Below, piece after piece: positions 1 through 9,981 of a stretch of DNA of 64,000 bases. Made by a program: the position numbers and the translations under genes. This stretch comes from a bacterium (GTDB taxonomy: Bacteria; Fidelibacterota; Fidelibacteria; Fidelibacterales; Fidelibacteraceae), in contig OY781066.1 of assembly GCA_963676395.1 (NCBI GenBank), positions 928,001 to 992,000 of the forward strand. Direction: 5' to 3'. Numbering within the stretch: the stretch's first letter is position 1; the number at the start of each line of letters is the position of its first letter. The notes under the pieces were generated by a model. That model was not told the DNA's origin, did no database searches, and worked only from the letters and a program-made list of their open reading frames with translations.

Positions 1-2539
1 TCAAACCACCCAAAATAACCACGGCTCCCTGAGCATACCAACCCTTTTCAAGCAAGATATTATAGGTCAACCATTTTCCGGCAAAACCACTCAGCGGTGG
101 AACACCGGCAAGAGTAATAATACCGATCAATACAGATATAAATGAAATGGGCATTCGAGTAATAAGTCCACCCATTTGATACATATTCTTAGTTTTAGTC
201 CGCCAAACAACCCCGCCTATAGCAAGGAACAATAAGGACTTAAACAGGAAATGATTCAATGCGTAAGTGATGGAAGTAAGCCAGCCCAAGTGCGTCATCA
301 TACTCAAACCAAAAAGCACATAACCCAGATTACCCACGGATGAGTACGCTAATAAACGTTTCGCATCTTCTTGATAGATGGCGGCAAGATTACCTAAGAA
401 TACGGTAATAGCACCCAGCCAACTGAGGATGTAGTTTATATGTACTTTTCCTATCATAGGATCTTGAATTGCAGACATCACAATAATAAGCCCGAACATA
501 CCTGCTTTTAGCAGAATGGCCGAGACCATAGGCGATACATCTGTTTCGGCTTCGCCATGAGCACCCGGCAACCAAATGTGCAAACCCATGCTCGCCAGCT
601 TTGTAAGAAATCCAAGTACCAGTAGAATATAAATAAGCGGTGAAGCGTCTGTAATCACAGATAACAATCCAAGATCAATGCTTCCACCATTATTGGCAAA
701 GAACAAGCCAAGTCCACTTAACATCACATAAGCACCTCCCAAAGAGAAAAGCAAATATGAAAATGCGTGAGGTTTAGACTTCTTGCCACGAATAATTAAA
801 AAATAAGAACCAATGGTCATTAACTCCCATGCCGTAAACAACTGCAACGTGTTCTCGGCCATCAACAATCCTGCGAGTCCGGTATACATCATCACCGCAA
901 AAGGATAAAATCCTGTCCGTTTCCCTTTATAGGCGTATCCGGGAATCAGCAATAAAGTACCGCCTACCAGGAAAATAATGCCAAACATAAAGCGATAACC
1001 TTCAAGTCCCAACAGTAAATCGTAGGTATAATATCCCATAGCCGCAATAATCAATGTATTCTTCAACCAAGCCGGCAAAAAATCCAGCACAAAAAGTACT
1101 GCGATCACCAACATTGGGATGTAGAATATTTTAAGCGATTCCCCTCCGGGAACATAGGTAGATGCGAATGCACCCAAAGTAAGTAAAGATAGTACCGCGA
1201 TCAAAACCGGGATTGCTTGCGTAAAAGCCACCTTGATCTTAACCTTGACGTCAGCTTTGAGAATTTTCCCCAACCAACGGAACAAATATGCCGCTTCCAG
1301 CAAAGTACCCAAAAGGACCATGGCGATAAAGAAATACTGCCCGCCTTTGGCGAAAAGCATTACCATTTGCCATTTGGCAAAGAAAGATGGGAAAGGCGGT
1401 AACCCCACAAGCGCCAGGATAAATACACCGAAAGCAAAAAGATAGATCGGACGCTTTTTCAGGTCGCCCCACTCTTCTATTTTTTCTTTATTCAACATAC
1501 CTGCCAACCAAAACAAACCGGCCTTAGCAATAAAATGTGAGATAAACAAACCGCCAATGATTAGGATCATCGACGATCCGGCAAGCTCCAATCCCAAAAC
1601 GGGAAACATGGCCAGCACACCAACAATAAGACCAATTTGACCAATGGATGAATAACCCAATAATCGCTTGGCATTATCTTGCATTAATCCCATTACATTC
1701 GATGCAACAAAGGTCGTCACACCAATAGCGGCAAGGATCAAAAGCAAGCTTTCATTTAACATAGGCAGGATCTTGTACAACGCAAACAGCATGCCTGCAG
1801 ATGATCCCGATGCGATCACTGCGTTCACGGCAGGATCCACTGCTTCGTAAACATCCAATGCCCAACCGTTTGCGGGGAAAGGCTTCAGTTCGATCACAAT
1901 CGCCATCAACAAAGTAAAAACGGCAAGTAATACAGCGCGGCTCGATGCAACATCAATGACCGCTGCCATACTGTCGATATGCAATACTCCGCTAAAGCGA
2001 TAAAGATAGATCGTACCGATCAGGAAAAACACCGAGGCCAAACCGCCGGCGATCATATATTTAAAACCGGCTGACAAAGATTTACCATCTCGATTGATCC
2101 CGATCAGGGCAAAGGTGGCAATGGAGGTGATCTCCATAAACACAAACAGGTTAAACAAGTCACGGGTCATAATTAATCCATTAATACCCATGATCATCAT
2201 GAGTAAAAGAACCATTGCATTGACCTTGCTTGTATTGAGCCTCTTAAGCAAATATAGTCCCGATAAAAAGCCCAGCACATTCACCGCAAGCGTAAAAAAC
2301 GCTTCGTATAAACCCATCTGTAAATTAATTGAGAAAGGTGGTTTAAACCCGGCGGTATAGATCATTGCGACTTCCCCGCCATTGATCAGAGAGACAAGCC
2401 ACTGAGCCGAAATGACAGCCATACCGGCAAGTGCGGCAAAAAATACCAAAAGACTGAGTTTTCGCCAGACTTTATCAAAGAGGGCCAAAAGGAAACCCGC
2501 ACCCAAGGCAAGAATGAAAATATATATCGGATTTACCAT
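1..2539 (-). CDS. Proton-translocating antiporter-like subunit (MrpD/MbhH/NuoM-like) with two fused antiporter modules; 3' end runs off the window
   Basis: Not in the ORF track because there is no stop in the window. ATG at 2539 overlaps the mnhC stop. Manual reading gives MVNPIYIFILALGAG...TRDLFNLFVFMEITSIATFALI...GFKYMIAGG, then a second module in the same frame: AENTLQLFTAWELMTIGSYFLI...HIWLPGAHGEA...KRLLAYSS...GVPPLSGFAGKW. Frame spot-checked at several points. Confidence 0.88.
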   Translation of the reverse strand, partial: MVNPIYIFILALGAGFLLALFDKVWRKLSLLVFFAALAGMAVISAQWLVSLINGGEVAMIYTAGFKPPFSINLQMGLYEAFFTLAVNVLGFLSGLYLLKRLNTSKVNAMVLLLMMIMGINGLIMTRDLFNLFVFMEITSIATFALIGINRDGKSLSAGFKYMIAGGLASVFFLIGTIYLYRFSGVLHIDSMAAVIDVASSRAVLLAVFTLLMAIVIELKPFPANGWALDVYEAVDPAVNAVIASGSSAGMLFALYKILPMLNESLLLILAAIGVTTFVASNVMGLMQDNAKRLLGYSSIGQIGLIVGVLAMFPVLGLELAGSSMILIIGGLFISHFIAKAGLFWLAGMLNKEKIEEWGDLKKRPIYLFAFGVFILALVGLPPFPSFFAKWQMVMLFAKGGQYFFIAMVLLGTLLEAAYLFRWLGKILKADVKVKIKVAFTQAIPVLIAVLSLLTLGAFASTYVPGGESLKIFYIPMLVIAVLFVLDFLPAWLKNTLIIAAMGYYTYDLLLGLEGYRFMFGIIFLVGGTLLLIPGYAYKGKRTGFYPFAVMMYTGLAGLLMAENTLQLFTAWELMTIGSYFLIIRGKKSKPHAFSYLLFSLGGAYVMLSGLGLFFANNGGSIDLGLLSVITDASPLIYILLVLGFLTKLASMGLHIWLPGAHGEAETDVSPMVSAILLKAGMFGLIIVMSAIQDPMIGKVHINYILSWLGAITVFLGNLAAIYQEDAKRLLAYSSVGNLGYVLFGLSMMTHLGWLTSITYALNHFLFKSLLFLAIGGVVWRTKTKNMYQMGGLITRMPISFISVLIGIITLAGVPPLSGFAGKWLTYNILLEKGWYAQGAVVILGGL

Positions 2540-2886
2540 TTTAACTCCTTGAATGTTGAAATATCAAGTGTCTTATTTTTTTCATACAGTTTGATCGCAT
2601 AGGATAACATTAAAGCCGTTACAGCCAAACCGATAACAATTGCCGTCAACACCAATGCCGAGGGAATAGGATCAACAACCTGATTCACTGCATCGGCTTT
2701 TAATACGGCAGAATCCAAGATCGGAGCTGTGCGATCTTTAAGATAGCCAATAGAGACCATCACTAAATGCACACCCGTATCCACAATGGAAAAACCGATA
2801 ATGATCTTGATGATATTTTTATTGGTCAGCATACCCCAAAGTCCGACAAGGATGAGGATGAAACCTAAGTAAGTAATAAGTGTCAT
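2533..2886 (-). CDS. mnhC: Na+/H+ antiporter subunit C (MnhC/MbhG-like)
   Basis: DPIPSALVLTAIVIG motif; NIIKIIIG; operon position. Confidence 0.9.
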   Translation of the reverse strand: MTLITYLGFILILVGLWGMLTNKNIIKIIIGFSIVDTGVHLVMVSIGYLKDRTAPILDSAVLKADAVNQVVDPIPSALVLTAIVIGLAVTALMLSYAIKLYEKNKTLDISTFKELKW

Positions 2887-3572
2887 GATCTCACCTCCCG
2901 CATATTATCGACGATGCCAACCAATTCCGCACCGACCTTTAAACCGATAAAAGAATAGATCAAAGGAATAGCGCCGGCAGAAATCAGCGATCCGAACTCG
3001 CCAAGCTCAAGAAAGCGGTTATCAAGAAAACCCGCAGCCAGAACAAGTCCAAGAATACCAATAGCGACATAGGAAGCACCGGACAGAGATTCAACAAGAT
3101 GAAGCACCGAATTATTGATACTTGCAGACACATCGGTCAGCAGCAACAAAACAAAAGCCGTGGCGATCACTACGCCTCCCTGAAACCCGCCACCGGGTGT
3201 CAAGTGACCGTGCAAGAAAATATAAACGCCAAACACCAGGATCAGCGGAAAAAGAAAAGCCGTTCCACTAAAAAGAATTTGGGATGCTTGTCTACGAGCG
3301 GCTTTCTCATTCTTGCCTTCACGACGAAGAAAGAAACCCACACCGGCAGCCGCAATGAACAAAACGGCTACCTCACCCAAAGTATCAAGACCACGATAGG
3401 TCACGATCACCGAGCTCACCAGGTTCGCACCGCCCAATTCTTTGGGACCATCCTGAACATATTTTTCTGCCGTAGGCGAAAGCTTTTCAAACGCTTGAAA
3501 ATCTTTTGCAAAAGGCAATAACATGAGCATAAAGAAAGCCATTAATACAACTAAGAGGATCTTTTTAACCAT
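2883..3572 (-). CDS. mnhB: Na+/H+ antiporter subunit B (MnhB; MbhE+F-like)
   Basis: NLVSSVIVTYRGLDTLGE and HGHLTPGGGFQGG motifs. Confidence 0.9.
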   Translation of the reverse strand: MVKKILLVVLMAFFMLMLLPFAKDFQAFEKLSPTAEKYVQDGPKELGGANLVSSVIVTYRGLDTLGEVAVLFIAAAGVGFFLRREGKNEKAARRQASQILFSGTAFLFPLILVFGVYIFLHGHLTPGGGFQGGVVIATAFVLLLLTDVSASINNSVLHLVESLSGASYVAIGILGLVLAAGFLDNRFLELGEFGSLISAGAIPLIYSFIGLKVGAELVGIVDNMREVRS

Positions 3573-3813
3573 TTTTATCCTCCTTCCTGATCTTATTCAA
3601 GGCAAAGAGAAACACCAAGGTAGTCAAACCCGAACCGATAGCCGCCTCGGTCATCGCAACATCGGGCGCAGCTAGAACAAGATATAAAATGGAAGCCAGC
3701 AAGGATACCGCGCCTGCAGCGATCACGGCAGAAAGCAGTGATTTCTGCACAAGTGCCAAAATGGCAGCGACGATCATGATGACGCCCAAAACAATAATTA
3801 ATACGGTCGTCAT
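3565..3813 (-). CDS. DUF4040 / MbhD-like antiporter subunit
   Basis: APDVAMTEAAIG motif, three hydrophobic segments. Confidence 0.85.
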   Translation of the reverse strand: MTTVLIIVLGVIMIVAAILALVQKSLLSAVIAAGAVSLLASILYLVLAAPDVAMTEAAIGSGLTTLVFLFALNKIRKEDKNG

Positions 3814-4151
3814 TTCTTGCCTCCTTTGTCTTTTGCTTTATCGGCGGCAAGATCATCTTTGATGGTTTTGACTGAAACGGTAGTTCCAATAAAATGCGCC
3901 GCACGTGCCAAAGCATGTGAAGAAAGCGGATTAGTTAAAATAATAAATAGAATAAGGATCACGATCTTACCGGTAGCGGAACCACCAAAACCAAAAGCCA
4001 GTCCGGCTAGAAAAAGAATTGTTCCCAAGGTAGTCGCCTTTGTACCCGCTTGCATACGGTTAAATACATCAGGCATTCTCAGCAAACCGAGTGCACCAAG
4101 AAATAAAAAGATCGATCCGATCAATGTAATAATAGCACCTACGAGTTCCAT
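3810..4151 (-). CDS. mnhG: Na+/H+ antiporter subunit G
   Basis: GLLRMPDVFNRMQAGTKATTLG; NPLSSHALARAA. Confidence 0.9.
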   Translation of the reverse strand: MELVGAIITLIGSIFLFLGALGLLRMPDVFNRMQAGTKATTLGTILFLAGLAFGFGGSATGKIVILILFIILTNPLSSHALARAAHFIGTTVSVKTIKDDLAADKAKDKGGKK

Positions 4152-4411
4152 TACAGCCCCCTTTCCAGATATCTTGCTATCGCGATCACACCAACAAAAG
4201 AAATCAGCGCATAAACCATAGCAATATCAAGATAGATCACTCGCTCCAAAAGGAAAGCCAATAAAGCGATCACCGAAATAGCAACAATGGTCATTACATC
4301 CAATGCCACCACTCTATCAACCGATGTTGGACCGGAGATCATACGAACAAAGGCAAGCAAAATGGCAAGCAGAGCAATAGCCCCTGCGATTTGATATAGT
4401 ATATTAGCCAA
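4151..4411 (-). CDS. mnhF: Na+/H+ antiporter subunit F
   Basis: GPTSVDRVVALD; YLDIAMVYALISFVGVIAIARY. Confidence 0.9.
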   Translation of the reverse strand: MANILYQIAGAIALLAILLAFVRMISGPTSVDRVVALDVMTIVAISVIALLAFLLERVIYLDIAMVYALISFVGVIAIARYLERGL

Positions 4412-4898
4412 AGATCACCTCCAGATATTTTTCAAATTTATCAACGATGGCCTTTGTGGCTCCTTCAAGATCTTCCTCACGAACTTCGATCCAATGGATA
4501 TACAACATATCATCTTTGATATCTACCGTTAAGGTTCCGGGGGTAAGCGTGATCGAATTTGCCAGAATTGTTATAGCGATCTTCGAATTCAGCTTAGTTT
4601 TTACCTTGACAATCCCGGGTTTAATGGGGAGTTTCGGGTTAATGACCCGGCGTGCAACATCCAAATTAGATACAATCAATTCCCACGCAAAAACAAAGGG
4701 ATAGACCAACATAAAAAGGATGGCTTTGGGTGTAAGCCTCAAATCACCCAATACAGGTTCCAACCTGAGGGTAAAGAGCACCACAAGCGCCGATACGGCC
4801 ACGCCCGCCCAAAGTTCTTGTCCACTGTTCGGTGTAAGCAAAACCCACAGCAACAGTAGAAGTAAAAACAATAGGACAGAGTGTTTGAATCGTTTCAT
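4404..4898 (-). CDS. mnhE: Na+/H+ antiporter subunit E
   Basis: SNLDVARRV; ANSITLTPGTLTVD; LYIHW. Confidence 0.92.
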   Translation of the reverse strand: MKRFKHSVLLFLLLLLLWVLLTPNSGQELWAGVAVSALVVLFTLRLEPVLGDLRLTPKAILFMLVYPFVFAWELIVSNLDVARRVINPKLPIKPGIVKVKTKLNSKIAITILANSITLTPGTLTVDIKDDMLYIHWIEVREEDLEGATKAIVDKFEKYLEVIFG

Positions 4899-4912
4899 AG
4901 CTCCACTTCCGT

Positions 4913-5584
4913 TTAATTATTTATTATATTATCATCTTTCTGCGTAAGACAATTCTTCATGCAAAAAGAGATTACTTCCAGTTCTTTAGCTAGGTCAATA
5001 TTATGGATAAACATCTCATTTTTACGACCGGGAAAAATCACAGACGTAAAATTAAGAATACCTTTTACATACGTCGGGTCTAACATTTCTACAATACCCT
5101 CGGCTTCGCTTGAAGGTACGGCCAGCACCACAATCTCTATGTGATGTTCTTTGATATATTTGTTTAATGTGTCTATAGAATATATAGGTGTTTGACCTAT
5201 CTTGCCACCGATTTTTTCTTTATTGCTTTCAAAGGCAGCTACAAAATCAAAATTAGCATCGAGAAAACCGGAATAACGAAGTATAGCGGTTCCAAGATGA
5301 CCCACGCCAACAAGAACGACCTGTTTAATATTATCCAAGCCAAGAATTTTATTCAGACGCGCTTTCAACTCCTTAACATTATAACCTTGTCCTTTAAGGC
5401 CATAAGCTTCAAATTGAGCAAGATCTTTTCGAATAATAGTCGGTTTCAAGCCGCAATGTGAAGACATTTCCTGAGAAGTCAACATCTCTCTTCCCTGTTC
5501 TTCGGCACATCGCAAACAACGCAAGTAATCCGTTAAACGACGAATTACCGCCTCGGAAATTTTATTTTCTTGTAAATATTCCAA
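4913..5584 (-). CDS. rex: Redox-sensing transcriptional repressor Rex
   Basis: N-terminal IRRL..Y..., IRKDL..F..YG.KG.GY winged helix; Rossmann VGVGHLG; ILNF motif; TTG start. Confidence 0.88.
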   Translation of the reverse strand: MEYLQENKISEAVIRRLTDYLRCLRCAEEQGREMLTSQEMSSHCGLKPTIIRKDLAQFEAYGLKGQGYNVKELKARLNKILGLDNIKQVVLVGVGHLGTAILRYSGFLDANFDFVAAFESNKEKIGGKIGQTPIYSIDTLNKYIKEHHIEIVVLAVPSSEAEGIVEMLDPTYVKGILNFTSVIFPGRKNEMFIHNIDLAKELEVISFCMKNCLTQKDDNIINN

Positions 5585-5633
5585 TATGATTACACTACCC
5601 TTCTTAAATAATTCGCATGCTACTTACCATTGC

Positions 5634-5657
5634 TTGTGAAAGTTATAACTTTCACTT
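5634..5657. promoter_or_regulatory. Perfect 20-bp palindrome GTGAAAGTTATAACTTTCAC (5636-5655); candidate Rex operator
   Basis: About 50 bp upstream of rex. It has TTGTGAA and TTCAC half-sites like the Rex consensus TTGTGAA-N4-TTCACAA, but with a longer spacer. Confidence 0.6.
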
Positions 5658-5834
5658 AGTCAATGCAAGAAAATTCTGTTTACTTCCTAAAAGCATACTA
5701 ACAATATGCTACTCACCGAAGTATTGAAAGGCGGTAAAAGCACTCAATATATTATTCAAACACGCAGGTTTGCTCCTATAATCGAATCAATAAAATCTTT
5801 GTGTTTATAATAACATTTCTCACTATATTCTTCT

Positions 5835-6452
5835 ATGAAACCAAAAATACCGTTCTCTACAACGATCTACGATCCCATTCTTGGCACCGCCTTACTACCA
5901 TTAAGGAAATCTATTGCATCAGCTCTTTCCAAAAATAAACATGCCCGTATTTTGGATCTCTGCTGTGGTACCGGAGCACAATTACGATACCTTGAAGAAA
6001 AAGATTATATCAATCTTCACGGTTTGGATCTCGACCCGGGGATGATCGCCTATGCGAAAGAATTCAGTAAATCCATTCGATTTTATCAAGAAGATGCATC
6101 TAACACCCATTTTAATCAAGGCGACTTTGATATCGTAATAAGCTCATTAGCGCTTCATGATAAAGATCAAGCACTGAGAGAAGCCATTCTCACGGAAGCC
6201 TCTCGACTTATCAGCAAACAGGGTGCTATCTATGTTGCCGATTTCGCCTTTGATGGCAATAGTACCCGTTGGGGTCGCTTCTTGATCTCTACAGTTGAAT
6301 TCTTTGCCGGCGATGAACACTATGCCAACTTTAGAGAATACACAAAACGTGGCGGCATGCCAAATGTCCTGCCTGAGGGCATGTTCAGTATGGAAGAAAT
6401 TGATCGTGTTCTTCATGGGACTATTGCGGTGTGGAAACTTACGAGAGTATGA
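5835..6452 (+). CDS. Class I SAM-dependent methyltransferase (UbiE-like)
   Basis: ILDLCCGTG motif I; GLD; FDIVISSLALHD. Confidence 0.85.
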   Translation: MKPKIPFSTTIYDPILGTALLPLRKSIASALSKNKHARILDLCCGTGAQLRYLEEKDYINLHGLDLDPGMIAYAKEFSKSIRFYQEDASNTHFNQGDFDIVISSLALHDKDQALREAILTEASRLISKQGAIYVADFAFDGNSTRWGRFLISTVEFFAGDEHYANFREYTKRGGMPNVLPEGMFSMEEIDRVLHGTIAVWKLTRV

Positions 6453-6544
6453 GGGTAAATACGACGAAAGAGGGTTAAAACCCAAGGCTATTATATCACA
6501 AGAATTTTTCTATAATTCCTCAAAAACAATCATTACATTTAATC

Positions 6545-7483
6545 ATGCTAAAGCGCACATTAACAATCCTGCTTCTGTTTTGCGGACTTGCCTTTTCGCA
6601 AAGCATTGACTCCTTACTTACTATTATTGAATCTCATCAAAATGATGAAGAATGGTTAAAGCTACTCTCCGGCGAAAAAAATTATCACATCGTTTATTTT
6701 CAGGCAGAATACGAAACAAACTCATATTTCGCAGGTCGCGATATTGGTTTGGATTGCGCTAATGTGATAGCACAAACAGCCTACTCCTACAAAAATATCT
6801 CAATGGGCGCTGCCGCTATTTTCTACGAAAATTTGCATCCTACCCTACAAACTGCCGCCGTTTCAATTGATTATCAACTTCCGCTGAATTTGCCGATCAA
6901 CATTAATGTGGGTTATGATCGTTATTTTGTTTTCGGTGAAACCGATACGATTGCGTCAAAATACCCCAATAGTATAAACGTCTCACTTGCCTATCAGACA
7001 CACTTTTGGAAGGCTGAACTTCCCATAAGCCTTATAGTTGGCAGTGATGGCATTTTACCCCAAATAGCTCCAAGCATCTATGGAAAATTTGAGCTTTATA
7101 AGTGGAAAAAAACAAACTCGATCTCAATCAAGCCCGAGATCAATTTTCACCTGGCAACCGAAGAAACGGCTTTATCGATCACTCCGGGACATCGTCCTCG
7201 CCCAAATCTCGGTAAACCGAATGCCTTAGCGCAGGAAAATTCCGGAAATGGACAAGGCCAGGGTCCGGGACAAGGGAGCAGACCCGAAGCTCAATATCTT
7301 AAAACATTCGGACTAATGAACACCCAGATCAATCTTGAATTGATAGCAGAATTAAAAGATTTTGAAATTGGTCTAAGCTATCAATACAACCGCCCCAAAA
7401 GCATGGATCCGCAGATAAATTATTCGGCCACTTCCCTGCTGGCAATATCAATGGGGTATGTGTTTACGTTTACTTCAAAATAA
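6545..7483 (+). CDS. Hypothetical secreted protein, probable outer-membrane beta-barrel
   Basis: Signal peptide, alternating beta pattern, C-terminal ISMGYVF, Gly/Gln-rich loop GNGQGQGPGQG. Confidence 0.65.
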   Translation: MLKRTLTILLLFCGLAFSQSIDSLLTIIESHQNDEEWLKLLSGEKNYHIVYFQAEYETNSYFAGRDIGLDCANVIAQTAYSYKNISMGAAAIFYENLHPTLQTAAVSIDYQLPLNLPININVGYDRYFVFGETDTIASKYPNSINVSLAYQTHFWKAELPISLIVGSDGILPQIAPSIYGKFELYKWKKTNSISIKPEINFHLATEETALSITPGHRPRPNLGKPNALAQENSGNGQGQGPGQGSRPEAQYLKTFGLMNTQINLELIAELKDFEIGLSYQYNRPKSMDPQINYSATSLLAISMGYVFTFTSK

Positions 7484-7637
7484 TAATTCGCTAACATTGG
7501 TTTTAAATCCAAGATTAGTGAATATGGTTTAATTTGGATATACATTAATATTCGGTTTTGTTAAGACACAAAGTTTTGCGTTTCAGCACTGCCAAACATT
7601 TAAGCTCACAAAAGAACAATAAATGCTAATTAGCTCT

Positions 7638-7663
7638 TAACCTTTGAGCATTGATCCGTGTCT
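7638..7663 (+). promoter_or_regulatory. Candidate autoregulatory ECF promoter (TAACC ... GTGTCT)
   Basis: AAC-containing -35-like and CGT/GTCT -10-like elements just upstream of the ECF sigma gene. Confidence 0.35.
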
Positions 7664-7690
7664 TATGATTGGAGACCAAGGAAATAGGAT

Positions 7691-8170
7691 TTGAAAGAAA
7701 ACCGGAAACACATCATTGACAAATGGATCGTCCAATACTATGATGCAGTATTGGGCATGGCGCTACGCCTTACGGGCAACCGTGACGATGCTGAGGATTG
7801 CGCTCAGGATGTGTTCGTGAAAGCATGGAAAAAATATTCCAGCTTTCGCGGTGACTCACATCCTTTGGCCTGGTTGAAAACCATTACATACAACACATGC
7901 TACAATCATCTCAACCGAAATAAATCCAAAACTTGGAATGAAATGGATGAAAACCGTCATTCCAAAGAGCAGATACCCGAAGGACAAAAACGCGGCTTCG
8001 ACCCCAAGCACCTAGAAGTGCTTTCAGTCGGTGAGCGAGCAGTACTTCTTGCCAGAATATACGACGGTTTGAGCTTTAAAGAAGTTGCAGCGACATTAAA
8101 TACAAGCGAGAATAGCGCCAAAGTGAGCTATCATAACGCAATAAAGAAATTACGAAAGGTCATGTTATGA
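7691..8170 (+). CDS. ECF RNA polymerase sigma-70 factor
   Basis: DAEDCAQDVFVKAW, FRGDS, WLKTITYN region 2; GLSFKEVA region 4. Confidence 0.92.
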   Translation: MKENRKHIIDKWIVQYYDAVLGMALRLTGNRDDAEDCAQDVFVKAWKKYSSFRGDSHPLAWLKTITYNTCYNHLNRNKSKTWNEMDENRHSKEQIPEGQKRGFDPKHLEVLSVGERAVLLARIYDGLSFKEVAATLNTSENSAKVSYHNAIKKLRKVML

Positions 8171-8649
8171 CATGCAAAGAGATACAGGAATTACTTCCTG
8201 ATATTATTAATAACCCGGGAATGCACCCCGAAGCAGAAGCACATATTAAAAACTGTGCCGATTGCGCCGACGAAATGGCATTCTTGCAAGAATTAAGGGA
8301 AGGTATAAAAGTTACAATACCCGACCCGACTATCACCGAAACGGTGGGGCAAAAAATACGCCTGGCACGACGCATACGCAGAGAGCAAGTCCGCCGTCCT
8401 ATGATCTATGCCGCATCGATGGCTGCCGTTCTTGCCTTAAGCTTGCTAATGCCCGGAATTGTTGGTAATTTACAAGAACCGGTCTTTTATGGTGAATACG
8501 AACCGGAAACCGAAGCGACTATAAAATCACTGGACGTAGATGCCGGCTGGCAGATATCGACCGATGAAATCGCCCTGTACTTGCTCGAAAATGCCGACTT
8601 AGAAACCATCGAGGAACTTGGATTAGAAAACTATCAGGTGACATCATGA
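8167..8649 (+). CDS. Zinc-finger (ZAS) anti-sigma factor with one TM helix
   Basis: MTC...HIKNCADC (HxxxCxxC); TM segment; ATGA overlap with the sigma gene. Confidence 0.8.
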   Translation: MTCKEIQELLPDIINNPGMHPEAEAHIKNCADCADEMAFLQELREGIKVTIPDPTITETVGQKIRLARRIRREQVRRPMIYAASMAAVLALSLLMPGIVGNLQEPVFYGEYEPETEATIKSLDVDAGWQISTDEIALYLLENADLETIEELGLENYQVTS

Positions 8650-9119
8650 AAAAATTCGTTATTATTGTTTTATCCCTTACACTCATGCTTGGGCTGAATG
8701 CTCAGGATATGAAAAATATTGAAAACTACCGGATCTATAAAATGTCCGAATATCTTGACCTAAGTCCCAAACAGGCCGAGAAATTTTTCCCGCTCATGCG
8801 CGAATATGAACGCGACCTGAAAAATATCAAGATTGAAGAAGAACGCTTATATGCTGATCTGAAACGCATGCAAAAATCCAATAAGGTCGATGAACGTGAG
8901 CTTGAAAAAGCCATGGACCAAATCGACAAACTCGAACGCGGGCGCACGGACATTAAACACAATTTCCGAAAACGCAGCAGCAAAATATTAAGCCCTAATC
9001 AGATTGCGAAAATGTCCACCTTTGAAAACGATTTTCGCAAGCAACTCAAGCAAACGTATATCCAACGCCAGAAACAAAATTTGCCGAATAACAGGAAACT
9101 GAAAAAGAAGCCACGATAA
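8646..9119 (+). CDS. Periplasmic Spy/CpxP-like helical protein
   Basis: Signal peptide; LDLSPKQAEKFFP and ILSPNQ motifs; third gene of the ECF triad. Confidence 0.7.
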   Translation: MKKFVIIVLSLTLMLGLNAQDMKNIENYRIYKMSEYLDLSPKQAEKFFPLMREYERDLKNIKIEEERLYADLKRMQKSNKVDERELEKAMDQIDKLERGRTDIKHNFRKRSSKILSPNQIAKMSTFENDFRKQLKQTYIQRQKQNLPNNRKLKKKPR

Positions 9120-9143
9120 TCACAGATCGGAAAATATATAATT

Positions 9144-9171
9144 AGGCACGAAGAAATTCGTGCCTTTTTTT
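9144..9171 (+). terminator. Intrinsic terminator
   Basis: AGGCACGAA-GAAA-TTCGTGCCT followed by a T-tract. Confidence 0.85.
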
Positions 9172-9257
9172 ATACTGAGGTGCGAGGATGTATGTTATGT
9201 CATATCAGTAAGAGCATACGATCACCTACTCATGTCTTACCCGTATAATCCTACTAC

Positions 9258-9914
9258 CTACTCAGATCTCACTGCCCGCATCAACTCATCCGAATACGGC
9301 ACGATCAACTCCTTTAAATCCTCATAACTCTTTCGATCTGGATCCAGCCATTTCATTTCATTTTCGGGCTTCAAAATAAAAGGCATGCGTTTTGCCGAAT
9401 TATGAATTCGCGCCATCAGTGGGTTGGCCGGCATGGTGAGAATGGAGAAACCTTTCCAATCTTTCCAACTATCCCAGATCCCGGCAAAGGCAAAGATGTC
9501 CTGATCGGTATTGATCTTATATTTTACTTTATCGCTAATCGTTTTGGGTGATTTTGGTTCTACTCTGGTTTGCACATGCTTCCACTCATAAAACGCGGTC
9601 GCCGGAATAATACAGCGTCTGTAGCGCATCGACTCCCGAAATGATGGTTTTTCAAAAGCCGATTCGATGCGCGCATTAAGGGTAGACGTCATCAGCTTCT
9701 TAGCCATGGTCTCATTTTTCACCCAGGATGGCACCATACCCCAATTGAACAAATCGATCTGTTGCGGATTGTCTCCGGTGATCACCGCTAATAACGGATG
9801 CGCAAACGCATTAAAATGCTCACCCGGCTTAAAGAGATCCTCCTGAGGAAAATCGGCTTTAAAGCGAGCCTTTAATGTTTTAGCTTTTGCGGTAGCGGCT
9901 AGGTGAAAGCACAT
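9258..9914 (-). CDS. SOS response-associated peptidase (SRAP/YedK/HMCES family)
   Basis: Start reassigned to MCFHL (Cys2 hallmark); WGMVPSW, NARIES, RRCIIPATAFYEW, FAFAGIWD, IHN..KRMP. Confidence 0.92.
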   Translation of the reverse strand: MCFHLAATAKAKTLKARFKADFPQEDLFKPGEHFNAFAHPLLAVITGDNPQQIDLFNWGMVPSWVKNETMAKKLMTSTLNARIESAFEKPSFRESMRYRRCIIPATAFYEWKHVQTRVEPKSPKTISDKVKYKINTDQDIFAFAGIWDSWKDWKGFSILTMPANPLMARIHNSAKRMPFILKPENEMKWLDPDRKSYEDLKELIVPYSDELMRAVRSE

Positions 9915-9981
9915 AATTACCTTTAATCGTTTCGATAGATTAAGGGGTTTTGAGGGAAGTTGGAAGTATTTTAAGAAGAAA

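Noticed and set aside
390..2360. Short ORFs listed within 1-2539
   Set aside because: Shadows of the long minus-strand antiporter gene.
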